Positions 44,983 through 53,970 of a stretch of 64,000 bases of DNA are shown here, piece after piece. Location of the stretch: contig CM000155.2 in assembly GCA_000004695.1 (NCBI GenBank), positions 2,432,001 to 2,496,000 on the forward strand, given 5' to 3'. A program made the position numbers and the translations under genes. Under the pieces are notes generated by a model. The model saw only the letters and a program-made list of their open reading frames with translations. It had not been told where the DNA came from and did not search any database. Numbering within the stretch: the stretch's first letter is position 1; each line of letters begins with the position of its first letter. The DNA comes from Dictyostelium discoideum (Eukaryota).

Positions 44983-45486
44983 CCAACACCAACAACAACA
45001 CCAACACCAACAACAACACCAACAACCTCAAAACAACCTCAAAAACCTAAAGAACAATCGCATGAAAACATTGCTTTTACAGATTTTTATGGTTTTAATG
45101 AAAAGAATAGTGAAAAAGATAGCGAAGATGAAGATGAAGATGAAGATGAAGATGAAGATGAAGATGAAGATGAAGATGAAGATGAAGATGATGAGGATAA
45201 GTTTTCGGATGATTGTAGTTCTGACTCATTTTATTTTAGAGAGTACTCTGATAAAAGAGAACTTGGTCAAACTGATGATGGACAATTCACTCCATCAAAA
45301 TATTCCAGAACGAGACATATGTATCATGGTGGTGGTGGTGATGATTCTGATGATTCTGATGATGGCTCAGACTCTGATGAAGCCGCTAACTTTTTTGCTC
45401 ATCAATTAGCAAGAGCTTCATTACATGGAATGTTGGGTGCTTTAGGTTTTCTTGATAATTCCGATAGTGACGATGATTCTGATTGA
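41465..45486 (+). CDS. Lineage-specific protein (copy B, intact) of about 1,250 aa with poly-Asn tracts, a Thr/Pro-rich mucin-like segment and an acidic (ED)n tail. Inferred 3 exons: 41465..41820, 41907..~42137 and ~42292..45486.
   Basis: Exon 1 is MNLANILDKALEELREKEL ... KSVYFHEFELSKEDLNIVFK, ending at AA|GTAATT. Exon 2 (acceptor A(n)AG) is KIISKFKKFYTKIGYYKWESYIACRYPKYF ... ESVNDYICTV, ending at a conserved CAGTAT|GTAT donor also seen in copy A. Exon 3 carries the 1,047-aa track ORF, whose 'M' is TTG and whose frame is open upstream to a TTTTAG acceptor. A hand-count frame inconsistency of 1 nt in exon 2 means the junctions need RNA evidence. Confidence 0.5.
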
Positions 45487-46473
45487 TCAACCTATTCCAA
45501 TAAAAATAATCATCCAAATTAACTCTATTATTAAGATTACCAAAAAAACTAATAAAAAACAAATAAATAAATAAATAAATAAATAAAAATAAAATATAAA
45601 TAAAAAATAAAAAATATGTCTTTTTAATTCTGAAAGTTTGAAATTTTTAAATTTGTTTATATATTTTAGATTAAATAATTTATTTTATAGTTTGAAAATA
45701 AAATTAAATGATTAAATAATTTTTTTTTTTTTTTTTTTTTTAATATTTATTAATCAGTATTAAATAGATAAATATAATAATAAAATTGTAATTGATTGGA
45801 TGGTCGAAGGAGATAAGATTTGGAAGCACTGATTCCGGAATACAATATTGCAAGTTATTTTTCTTAATTAAATTATTTATTTATGGCAATTGTTTGGGGC
45901 TTTTAATTTTAGGCCGTTATACAATTGATTGCAGATTTTAATCATTAATTCCATTATGTTTCTATATGCGAAGTGTAATAAAATGTATTGCCTATATTTA
46001 CCAATAGAACAATAAAGAATATGTGTGAAATTTTAATTACTATTGTACACAAATATTAGTAGTAATAATATTATTAATTCTTTATTATTCCTTATATTTA
46101 TACTTTAACACTAATAATATTATATCTTTTACAAATTATGATTAAAACACCAATGATTTTTATTTATTTTAATTTGGCTTTTTATACTGAATTATTATTC
46201 TTAGAAGCCTGGGAAGGATTTAACGGCAATTTGTTATTCTGAGTAACTTCATTTCGGTTATAGATTGTATATGGAAATGGATCTTTGGAAAAAAACTTAT
46301 AATAATGATTCTATAATTAAAGCTGCTATTCGTTTGTGATTATTAAAGTTTGTGAATAGGTCGTAGTTTACATCTTTTATATTTATTAGAACTATAGGTG
46401 TAATTCTGTTTGTAAATTTATTTTTGGATTCAATATTTCTTTGATGTTGTCAATTTTTTAAAAGAAACTATCC

Positions 46474-46485
46474 AGGACATCGAAC
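46474..46485 (-). promoter_or_regulatory. Extra B box (ex-B, GGTTCGATGTCC), a Pol III TFIIIC-binding element, about 31 bp downstream of tRNA-Glu.
   Basis: The sequence CAGG TTCGATG TCCTG forms a T-arm-like hairpin with no D or anticodon arm, flanked by AAACTA/TAGTTT. Dictyostelium tRNA genes commonly carry such downstream ex-B boxes. Confidence 0.5.
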
Positions 46486-46515
46486 CTGCGATCTGATTAA
46501 TTTAGTTTGAAAAGA

Positions 46516-46587
46516 GCTCCCCATCCGGGAATCGAACCCGGGGTACCAGTGTGAGAGACTAGAGTGTTACCGACTACACCAATGAGG
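46516..46587 (-). tRNA. tRNA-Glu (anticodon CUC), 72 nt.
   Basis: The minus-strand sequence is TCCTCAT TG GTGT AGTCGGTA ACAC T CTAGT CTCTCAC ACTGG TACC CCGGG TTCGATT CCCGG ATGGGGA G. The acceptor stem is 7 bp with one G-U pair. The D stem is GTGT/ACAC. The anticodon stem is CTAGT/ACTGG, and the loop CTCTCAC gives anticodon CTC. The T arm is GGTTCGATTCC. Confidence 0.85.
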
Positions 46588-46756
46588 AATTGGATGAAAT
46601 TTGTAATAAAGTTCCTCTATAAAATTAATAGATAATAAATATGCATTCACATTACTAATTGTGTGACACACATTTAAATAATATAATAATAATAATACTG
46701 TCAACTCATTATAAATAATATAAATACTAAAGAATAATTTTATTAACAAAATTGGT

Positions 46757-46833
46757 AATTTAGAAACAATCTAAATTAAATAAAAAACCTCAATTTGTAA
46801 TGAAGGTTTTTTATTTAATTTAGATTGTTTCTA
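46757..46833. repeat. Perfect palindrome with roughly 30-bp arms and a 13-nt loop.
   Basis: TAATTTAGAAACAATCTAAATTAAATAAAAAACC-tcaatttgtaatgaa-GGTTTTTTATTTAATTTAGATTGTTTCTAA. It lies between tRNA-Glu and the first TRE5 module. Confidence 0.8.
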
Positions 46834-46870
46834 ACGATTAAAATGAGATATCTAAAGAAGCAACTAAAAA

Positions 46871-47132
46871 TTGCGTTATTCGAAAAAAACAAACAACAAC
46901 AACAACAACAACAATCTCTTTTTTTGATTATTTCATTTTTCATATAAAAAGACATAAAACAAATAAATAAATAAAAAAAATAAACTATTTTAAAAAGCCA
47001 TCTTTTTACTTTATTGTAATTTATTATTTGTTTCGTTTTGAAAAAAAAAAATGAAAAAAATAATCAGATCGAAAAAAACAAACAACAACAACAATCTCTT
47101 TTTTTGATTATTTCATTTTTCATATAAAAAGA

Positions 47133-47168
<36 letters not shown>

Positions 47169-47459
47169 GAACCCAAGTTAATCAGAAAATTTCCAGATTT
47201 TTAACTTTTCAAAGTAAAATAAAAAAATTAGAAAGAAAATAAGATGAAAATTACAAACAACACCACAAATATTAAGCGACACAAATGCCTACGAAAAATA
47301 AGCGAAATTGTGAATAAAACTCAATTAAAAAAAAAACAATTCAAATACGTCATAAACATCAATCACGAACCAGACGATAAAATAAAAAAAGATTTAGAAA
47401 AAAGTTTGGACAAAAAAGATGTTTTAATCAAAAGTAATAATACAATTCAAAATTTGAAA

Positions 47460-47514
<55 letters not shown>

Positions 47515-47597
47515 CCCCTCTTTTAGAGACCCTGTAAAAAACTACAAATAAAATGAGATCTAGCATCTCAAGGAGAAGCAACTAATAATTGCGACTT
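46871..47597 (+). mobile_element. TRE5-A-family element, a short derivative made of two A-module units, a B-module with the first 66 codons of ORF1, poly(A) and a C-module. Its 3' end lies about 80 bp downstream of tRNA-Ala.
   Basis: It has the same module sequences as the full copies. These are GATCGAAAAAAACAAACAACAACAA...CATATAAAAAGAC (A-module), ACCCAAGTTAATCAGAAAATTTCCAGATTTTTAAC...ATG AAA ATT ACA AAC AAC ACC (B-module with ORF1 start, ORF 47244..47513), then A40, then ...GAGACCCTGTAAAAAACTACAAATAAAATGAGATCTAGCATCTCAAGGAGAAGCAACTAATAATTGCG (C-module). It is preceded at 46843..46870 by a further C-module 3' fragment. Confidence 0.6.
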
Positions 47598-47675
47598 CAT
47601 CTCTGATTTCTATTGAGATTAGTGATGAAGAATAAAAAAAAATCATTACAACATTTTTATTATTATTTTAAAAAA

Positions 47676-47748
47676 TGGAGAAGAAGGGTATCGATCCCTT
47701 TACCTCTCGCATGCTAAGCGAGCGCTCTACCATCTGAGCTACATCCCC
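47676..47748 (-). tRNA. tRNA-Ala (anticodon AGC), 73 nt.
   Basis: The minus-strand sequence is GGGGATGTAGCTCAGATGGTAGAGCGCTCGCTTAGCATGCGAGAGGTAAAGGGATCGATACCCTTCTTCTCCA. The anticodon loop TTAGCAT gives AGC. The G3-U70 Ala identity pair is present. There is one T-T mismatch in the acceptor stem at 6:67. Confidence 0.8.
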
Positions 47749-47798
47749 TTTGATGGAAAGTATTTTTTATTAGAAATACTCGTACGTTATTATCTGAG

Positions 47799-47864
47799 AT
47801 CGAAAAAAACAAACAACAACAACAATCTCTTTTTTTGATTATTTCATTTTTCATATAAAAAAGA

Positions 47865-47909
<45 letters not shown>

Positions 47910-49615
47910 GGAACCAAGTTAATTAGAAAATTTCCAGATTTTTAACTTTTTAAAGAAAAATAAAAAAGATAGAAAGAAAATAAAATGAAAATCACAAACA
48001 ACACCACAAATATTAAGCAACACAAATGCCTACAAAAAATAAGCGAAATTGTGGATAAAACTCAATTAAAAAAAAAACAATTCAAATACGTCATAAACAT
48101 CAATCACGAACCAGACGATAAAATAAAAAAAGATTTAGAAAAAAGTTTGGACAAAAAAGATGTTTTAATCAAAAGTAATAATACATTCAAAATTCTCACA
48201 GACAGTATTAGTACAGTAATCTATTTTGTAAATATGTTTGATGCAGAATTAAAAGGACAATTTATAACCACTATAAGACCAAAAAATATGTATACAGATT
48301 TTGATTGGTATAAATCACTCACAGAAATAGAATGGGTAATAGAAAATGAAGGATGTAAACTAATTAAATCAGAAATTAAAGGCGAAACTCTAATTATCAA
48401 AACAGTGAAAAGAGTCGTAGAAGAATTTGACACTATCATTGAACTAGACAATCTAACATTAATTGGACACTCCAACAAAGGATGGAGAGATCAAACCTCA
48501 TTACCAGAAAATCAAGAAGAAAACAAAAATAAAAAACAATCAGATGAACAACAACCACAATCTACATCAGAACAAATACCAAAACAAGGAAAAAGAACAA
48601 TCATTATCCCACCAATCACATCCTCATCTAATGATAAAACATTTATGGCCCTAGATGATACAGCTCAAAAGGTAATAGATGCATCACTAGAAAACGTAGA
48701 TGAACTAACAAGAATAGAGAATGAGATCAATACACAATCGATAAACAATCAAGAAATTAAAACAAAATCAGAAAAACCTATCGAACCACCATCTCCATAC
48801 AATACACCAATAAAACAACACGGCGAAACAAAGAGACTAACAACGGAAGAAAAACTTAGAGAGGTAAATGATATCTTCGACTTCACCAGCCCAAACACTG
48901 ATGCAATAAGAAAAATAGAATTCCCACTTTCAATCCCTTCAAATCAATGGTTCTTCTCCTCTCCAATAAAACATATCATGAGTTTCAGCCCAACCTATGG
49001 TACACCATCGAAAATTATCGATTCACCAAGTAAATTGTTAAACACACCAAAAAACAAACAACAAGACAAAACAAACAGGACCAACAAAACACCAGTCAAA
49101 CCAAAATTGGGTGAATATGGACAAAAAAGCATAAAAACAAAAATGGATGAAGATATAGACAACTTCAACAAGGAAATTCTAAAACAAATCAGTAAATCAA
49201 AAAACCCCACAAACACACAAGACCAACAACACAATGAACAAAGTAAAGATCAGTTAGAAGACAAAATAAACCAGAAACTTCAAAAGGTAGATAAAAATCT
49301 ACCCCAAATAAAACTATAAAGAAAAACACAATAAGAATAGGTGTTTGGAACGTCCAAGGATCCAATACCATCCAATCTGCCAGCATAATAAACACCGTTT
49401 TAGACAACAACAAGCTGGACGCAGCACTTCTAACTGAAACAAATATAAAAACAAATAAAATTTACTCAATAAATCAACAATATAAAAACAAAATAACACA
49501 CCACGCACCAATTGATAAAACAGGACAAGGGGTGTCACAAATCATCATCAACACCCGCAATAGAACTTCCTAAACATCTCAAAAAATACAATAATTCACT
49601 CAGTACTTTCTATAA

Positions 49616-49657
<42 letters not shown>

Positions 49658-49981
49658 CAAGTTAATCAGAAAAATAAAAAAGATAGAAAGAAAATAAAAT
49701 GAAAATCACAAACAACACCACAAATATTAAGCAACACAAATGCCTACAAAAAATAAGCGAAATTGTGGATAAAACTCAATTAAAAAAAAAACAATTCAAA
49801 TACGTCATAAACATCAATCACGAACCAGACGATAAAATAAAAAAAGATTTAGAAAAAAGTTTGGACAAAAAAGATGTTTTAATCAAAAAGACCCTGTAAA
49901 AAAAAAAAAAAAATAAAATGAGATCTAGCATCTCAAGGAGAAGCAAATAATAATTGCGTTATCCAATTCAAAAAAAAAAAA
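47799..49981 (+). mobile_element. TRE5-A.2-like tRNA-gene-targeted non-LTR retrotransposon, copy 1. It consists of an A-module, B-module, intact ORF1, a roughly 80-codon ORF2 stub, poly(A), a second B-module, a C-module and oligo(A).
   Basis: The A-module begins about 50 bp upstream of the tRNA-Ala 5' end, which is the known TRE5 integration distance. ORF1 is 47985..49319. An ORF2 N-terminal APE-like stub (RIGVWNVQGSNTIQSASIINTVLDNNKLDAALLTETN) runs to a stop at about 49573, followed by A38. A second B-module with the ORF1 start lies at 49699..49899, and a C-module at about 49900..49966. The structure matches what I recall of the ORF2-deleted TRE5-A.2 class. Confidence 0.65.
47985..49319 (+). 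CDS. TRE5-A ORF1 protein, 444 aa, intact.
   Basis: Track ORF MKITNNTTNIKQHKCLQKISEIVDKTQLKKKQFKYVININHEPDD... The same N-terminus is repeated at 47244, 49699, 50983 and 52725. It is followed immediately by the ORF2 APE-domain start, and it is a near-identical duplicate of 50983..52317. Confidence 0.65.
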   Translation: MKITNNTTNIKQHKCLQKISEIVDKTQLKKKQFKYVININHEPDDKIKKDLEKSLDKKDVLIKSNNTFKILTDSISTVIYFVNMFDAELKGQFITTIRPKNMYTDFDWYKSLTEIEWVIENEGCKLIKSEIKGETLIIKTVKRVVEEFDTIIELDNLTLIGHSNKGWRDQTSLPENQEENKNKKQSDEQQPQSTSEQIPKQGKRTIIIPPITSSSNDKTFMALDDTAQKVIDASLENVDELTRIENEINTQSINNQEIKTKSEKPIEPPSPYNTPIKQHGETKRLTTEEKLREVNDIFDFTSPNTDAIRKIEFPLSIPSNQWFFSSPIKHIMSFSPTYGTPSKIIDSPSKLLNTPKNKQQDKTNRTNKTPVKPKLGEYGQKSIKTKMDEDIDNFNKEILKQISKSKNPTNTQDQQHNEQSKDQLEDKINQKLQKVDKNLPQIKL

Positions 49982-49998
49982 AGTACGTTATTATCTAG

Positions 49999-50862
49999 AG
50001 ATCGAAAAAAACAAACAACAACAACAATCTCTTTTTTTGATTATTTCATTTTTCATATAAAAAAGACTTAAAAAACAAATAAATAAATAAATAAACTATT
50101 TTAAAAAGCCATCTTTTTACTTTATTGTAATTTATTATTTGTTTCGTTTTGAGAATTTTGCGTAGCAAAATTTTCAAAAAAAAAGCAAAAAATAATCAGA
50201 TCGAAAAAAACAAACAACAACAACAATCTCTTTTTTTGATTATTTCATTTTTCATATAAAAAAGACTTAAAAAACAAATAAATAAATAAATAAACTATTT
50301 TAAAAAGCCATCTTTTTACTTTATTGTAATTTATTATTTGTTTCGTTTTGAGAATTTTGCGTAGCAAAATTTTCAAAAAAAAAGCAAAAAATAATCAGAT
50401 CGAAAAAAACAAACAACAACAACAATCTCTTTTTTTGATTATTTCATTTTTCATATAAAAAAGACTTAAAAAACAAATAAATAAATAAATAAACTATTTT
50501 AAAAAGCCATCTTTTTACTTTATTGTAATTTATTATTTGTTTCGTTTTGAGAATTTTGCGTAGCAAAATTTTCAAAAAAAAAGCAAAAAATAATCAGATC
50601 GAAAAAAACAAACAACAACAACAATCTCTTTTTTTGATTATTTCATTTTTCATATAAAAAAGACTTAAAAAACAAATAAATAAATAAATAAACTATTTTA
50701 AAAAGCCATCTTTTTACTTTATTGTAATTTATTATTTGTTTCGTTTTGAGAATTTTGCGTAGCAAAATTTTCAAAAAAAAAGCAAAAAATAATCAGATCG
50801 AAAAAAACAAACAACAACAACAATCTCTTTTTTTGATTATTTCATTTTTCATATAAAAAAGA

Positions 50863-50880
<18 letters not shown>
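49999..50880 (+). repeat. Tandem array of about 4.4 copies of a 199-bp unit equal to the TRE5-A A-module plus a flanking segment.
   Basis: The unit GATCGAAAAAAACAAACAACAACAACAATCTCTTTTTTTGATTATTTCATTTTTCATATAAAAAAGACTTAAAAAACAAATAAATAAATAAATAAACTATTTTAAAAAGCCATCTTTTTACTTTATTGTAATTTATTATTTGTTTCGTTTTGAGAATTTTGCGTAGCAAAATTTTCAAAAAAAAAGCAAAAAATAATCA starts at about 49999, 50198, 50398, 50597 and 50796. The last copy runs into poly(A) and the B-module/ORF1 of the next element. A single diverged copy of the same unit occurs at 46871..47071. Confidence 0.7.
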
Positions 50881-50907
<27 letters not shown>

Positions 50908-52613
50908 GGAACCAAGTTAATTAGAAAATTTCCAGATTTTTAACTTTTTAAAGAAAAATAAAAAAGATAGAAAGAAAATAAAATGAAAATCACAAACAAC
51001 ACCACAAATATTAAGCAACACAAATGCCTACAAAAAATAAGCGAAATTGTGGATAAAACTCAATTAAAAAAAAAACAATTCAAATACGTCATAAACATCA
51101 ATCACGAACCAGACGATAAAATAAAAAAAGATTTAGAAAAAAGTTTGGACAAAAAAGATGTTTTAATCAAAAGTAATAATACATTCAAAATTCTCACAGA
51201 CAGTATTAGTACAGTAATCTATTTTGTAAATATGTTTGATGCAGAATTAAAAGGACAATTTATAACCACTATAAGACCAAAAAATATGTATACAGATTTT
51301 GATTGGTATAAATCACTCACAGAAATAGAATGGGTAATAGAAAATGAAGGATGTAAACTAATTAAATCAGAAATTAAAGGCGAAACTCTAATTATCAAAA
51401 CAGTGAAAAGAGTCGTAGAAGAATTTGACACTATCATTGAACTAGACAATCTAACATTAATTGGACACTCCAACAAAGGATGGAGAGATCAAACCTCATT
51501 ACCAGAAAATCAAGAAGAAAACAAAAATAAAAAACAATCAGATGAACAACAACCACAATCTACATCAGAACAAATACCAAAACAAGGAAAAAGAACAATC
51601 ATTATCCCACCAATCACCTCCTCATCTAATGATAAAACATTTATGGCCCTAGATGATACAGCTCAAAAGGTAATAGAAGCATCACTAGAAAACGTAGATG
51701 AACTAACAAGAATAGAGAATGAGATCAATACACAATCGATAAACAATCAAGAAATTAAAACAAAATCAGAAAAACCTATCGAACCACCATCTCCATACAA
51801 TACACCAATAAAACAACACGGCGAAACAAAGGGACTAACAACGGAAGAAAAACTTAGAGAGGCAAATGATATCTTCGACTTCACCAGCCCAAACACTGAT
51901 GCAATAAGAAAAATAGAATTCCCACTTTCAATCCCTTCAAATCAATGGTTCTTCTCCTCTCCAATAAAACATATCATGAGTTTCAGCCCAACCTATGGTA
52001 CACCATCGAAAATTATCGATTCACCAAGTAAATTGTTAAACACACCAAAAAAGAAACAACAAGACAAAACAAACAAGACCAACAAAACACCAGTCAAACC
52101 AAAATTGGGTGAATATGGACAAAAAAGCATAAAAACAAAAATGGATGAAGATATAGACAACTTCAACAAGGAAATTCTAAAACAAATCAATAAATCAAAA
52201 AACCCCACAAACACACAAGACCAACAACACAATGAACAAAGTAAAGATCAGTTAGAAGACAAAATAAACCAGAAACTTCAAAAGGTAGATAAAAATCTAC
52301 CCCAAATAAAACTATAAAGAAAAACACAATAAGAATAGGTGTTTGGAACGTCCAAGGATCCAACACCATCCAATCTGCCAGCATAATAAACACCGTTTTA
52401 GACAACAACAAGCTGGACGCAGCACTTCTAACTGAAACAAATATAAAAACAAATAAAATTTACTCAATAAATCAACAATATAAAAACAAAATAACACACC
52501 ACGCACCAATTGATAAAACAGGACAAGGGGTGTCACAAATCATCATCAACACCCGCAATAGAACTTCCTAAACATCTCAAAAAATACAATAATTCACTCA
52601 GTACTTTCTATAA

Positions 52614-52683
<70 letters not shown>

Positions 52684-52990
52684 CAAGTTAATCAGAAAAA
52701 TAAAAAAGATAGAAAGAAAATAAAATGAAAATCACAAACAACACCACAAATATTAAGCAACACAAATGCCTACAAAAAATAAGCGAAATTGTGGATAAAA
52801 CTCAATTAAAAAAAAAACAATTCAAATACGTCATAAACATCAATCACGAACCAGACGATAAAATAAAAAAAGATTTAGAAAAAAGTTTGGACAAAAAAGA
52901 TGTTTTAATCAAAAAGACCCTGTAAAAAAAAAAAAAAAATAAAATGAGATCTAGCATCTCAAGGAGAAGCAAATAATAATTGCGTTATCC
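50796..52990 (+). mobile_element. TRE5-A.2-like element copy 2, a near-identical tandem duplicate of copy 1. It has an intact ORF1 at 50983..52317, an ORF2 stub, poly(A), a B-module at 52725..52925 and a C-module.
   Basis: It is collinear with 47799..49981, with only a handful of substitutions. ORF1 differences are D/E, R/G, V/A, N/K, R/K and S/N. The ORF2 stub has Y/C. The poly(A) is longer, at about A65. Confidence 0.65.
50983..52317 (+). CDS. TRE5-A ORF1 protein, 444 aa, second intact copy.
   Basis: Track ORF. It is about 98.5% identical to the ORF at 47985..49319, with 6 substitutions over 444 aa. Confidence 0.65.
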   Translation: MKITNNTTNIKQHKCLQKISEIVDKTQLKKKQFKYVININHEPDDKIKKDLEKSLDKKDVLIKSNNTFKILTDSISTVIYFVNMFDAELKGQFITTIRPKNMYTDFDWYKSLTEIEWVIENEGCKLIKSEIKGETLIIKTVKRVVEEFDTIIELDNLTLIGHSNKGWRDQTSLPENQEENKNKKQSDEQQPQSTSEQIPKQGKRTIIIPPITSSSNDKTFMALDDTAQKVIEASLENVDELTRIENEINTQSINNQEIKTKSEKPIEPPSPYNTPIKQHGETKGLTTEEKLREANDIFDFTSPNTDAIRKIEFPLSIPSNQWFFSSPIKHIMSFSPTYGTPSKIIDSPSKLLNTPKKKQQDKTNKTNKTPVKPKLGEYGQKSIKTKMDEDIDNFNKEILKQINKSKNPTNTQDQQHNEQSKDQLEDKINQKLQKVDKNLPQIKL

Positions 52991-53037
52991 AATTCAAAAA
53001 AAAAAGTACGTTATTATCTACAATTCAAAATTCGAAA

Positions 53038-53077
<40 letters not shown>

Positions 53078-53085
53078 TAAACCAA

Positions 53086-53270
53086 CCCCTCTTTTAGAGA
53101 CCCTGTAAAAAAAAAAAAATTAAAATAAAATAAAATGAGATCTAGCATCTCAAGGAGAAGCAAATAATAATTGCGTTATCCAATTCAAAAAAAAAAAGTA
53201 CGTTAATTTCTTATCTTTTCTCAAGGAGAAGCAACTAATAATTGCGTTATCCAATTCAAAAAAAAATTCT
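53086..53270 (+). mobile_element. Two additional solo TRE5 C-module 3' ends, each followed by oligo(A).
   Basis: CCCCTCTTTTAGAGACCCTGTAAAAAAA...AAATGAGATCTAGCATCTCAAGGAGAAGCAAATAATAATTGCGTTATCCAATTC A(n), then a second, shorter CTCAAGGAGAAGCAACTAATAATTGCGTTATCCAATTC A(n). Both match the C-modules at 47509..47597, 49900..49966 and 52925..52990. Confidence 0.55.
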
Positions 53271-53588
53271 ACGTTATTTCCAATCATGAAAAATCTGAAA
53301 TTTTTTAGCCACATTAGGAACTCATCTCTGATGAAAACCTATGTACAAGAACATTTAACTCATTACAGCTCATTCATTACAACTATATAAATTCAAATAA
53401 AACAATCAATAATAAAACTTATAAGAAACTAAATAAACTAGGACACACCTAAAATTGGGATTAAGATATTGAAAAAAAAAAAAAAAAAAAAACCCACTAT
53501 TATCATTACTCAAAAGGAATCTTCGATAATTTCTCACACATAATTTCCTTATCCAATTCCCCTTTTATTCTTTCATTTTAATTACATT

Positions 53589-53657
<69 letters not shown>

Positions 53658-53737
53658 ATACTAATAAAATTAAATTTTAATAATTAAAATTTTAAAACTT
53701 ATATTTAATTAAATTTTATTTTAAATTCGTATTCTAA

Positions 53738-53820
53738 TTGTCGTAACAAATATAAAATTATAGAATAGAATGACTTAAATGAATTATACGTATTCTATAA
53801 TTTTATATTTGTAACGACAA
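53738..53820. repeat. Perfect palindrome with 30-bp arms and a 23-nt loop.
   Basis: TTGTCGTAACAAATATAAAATTATAGAATA-gaatgacttaaatgaattatacg-TATTCTATAATTTTATATTTGTAACGACAA. It lies just beyond the last TRE5 fragment and before the 7TM-receptor gene. A smaller palindrome, GATAAGTTT-T(n)-GATTGTG-AAACTTATC, follows at 53851..53888. Confidence 0.8.
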
Positions 53821-53970
53821 ATTTTTAAAAAAAATATCAAATTATCGATAAGTTTTTTTTTTTTTTTTTTGATTGTGAAACTTATCTAAAAGTCTGATTG
53901 TTTTTTTTTAAAAAAAAATCAATTTTTTTTTTTTTTTTTCATTTTAATATTTATATCCCAATTAAAAACA

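Noticed and set aside
44574-45031. Two overlapping minus-strand ORFs, poly-Val/Gly and poly-Leu.
   Set aside because: They are antisense translations of the (ACA/CCA)n Thr/Pro-rich coding repeat of the 41465..45486 gene.
46460-46500. A third tRNA gene.
   Set aside because: Only a T-arm-like hairpin with short flanking complementarity is present. There is no D arm or anticodon arm. It is interpreted as an ex-B box, not a tRNA.
46567-46749. 60-aa minus-strand ORF next to tRNA-Glu.
   Set aside because: It overlaps the tRNA and the palindrome. It is a low-complexity chance ORF.
48221-49538. Minus-strand and overlapping small ORFs inside the TRE5 elements, and their duplicates at 51219..52536.
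   Set aside because: They are antisense or alternative frames within ORF1 and the ORF2 stub. They are duplicated only because the whole element is duplicated.
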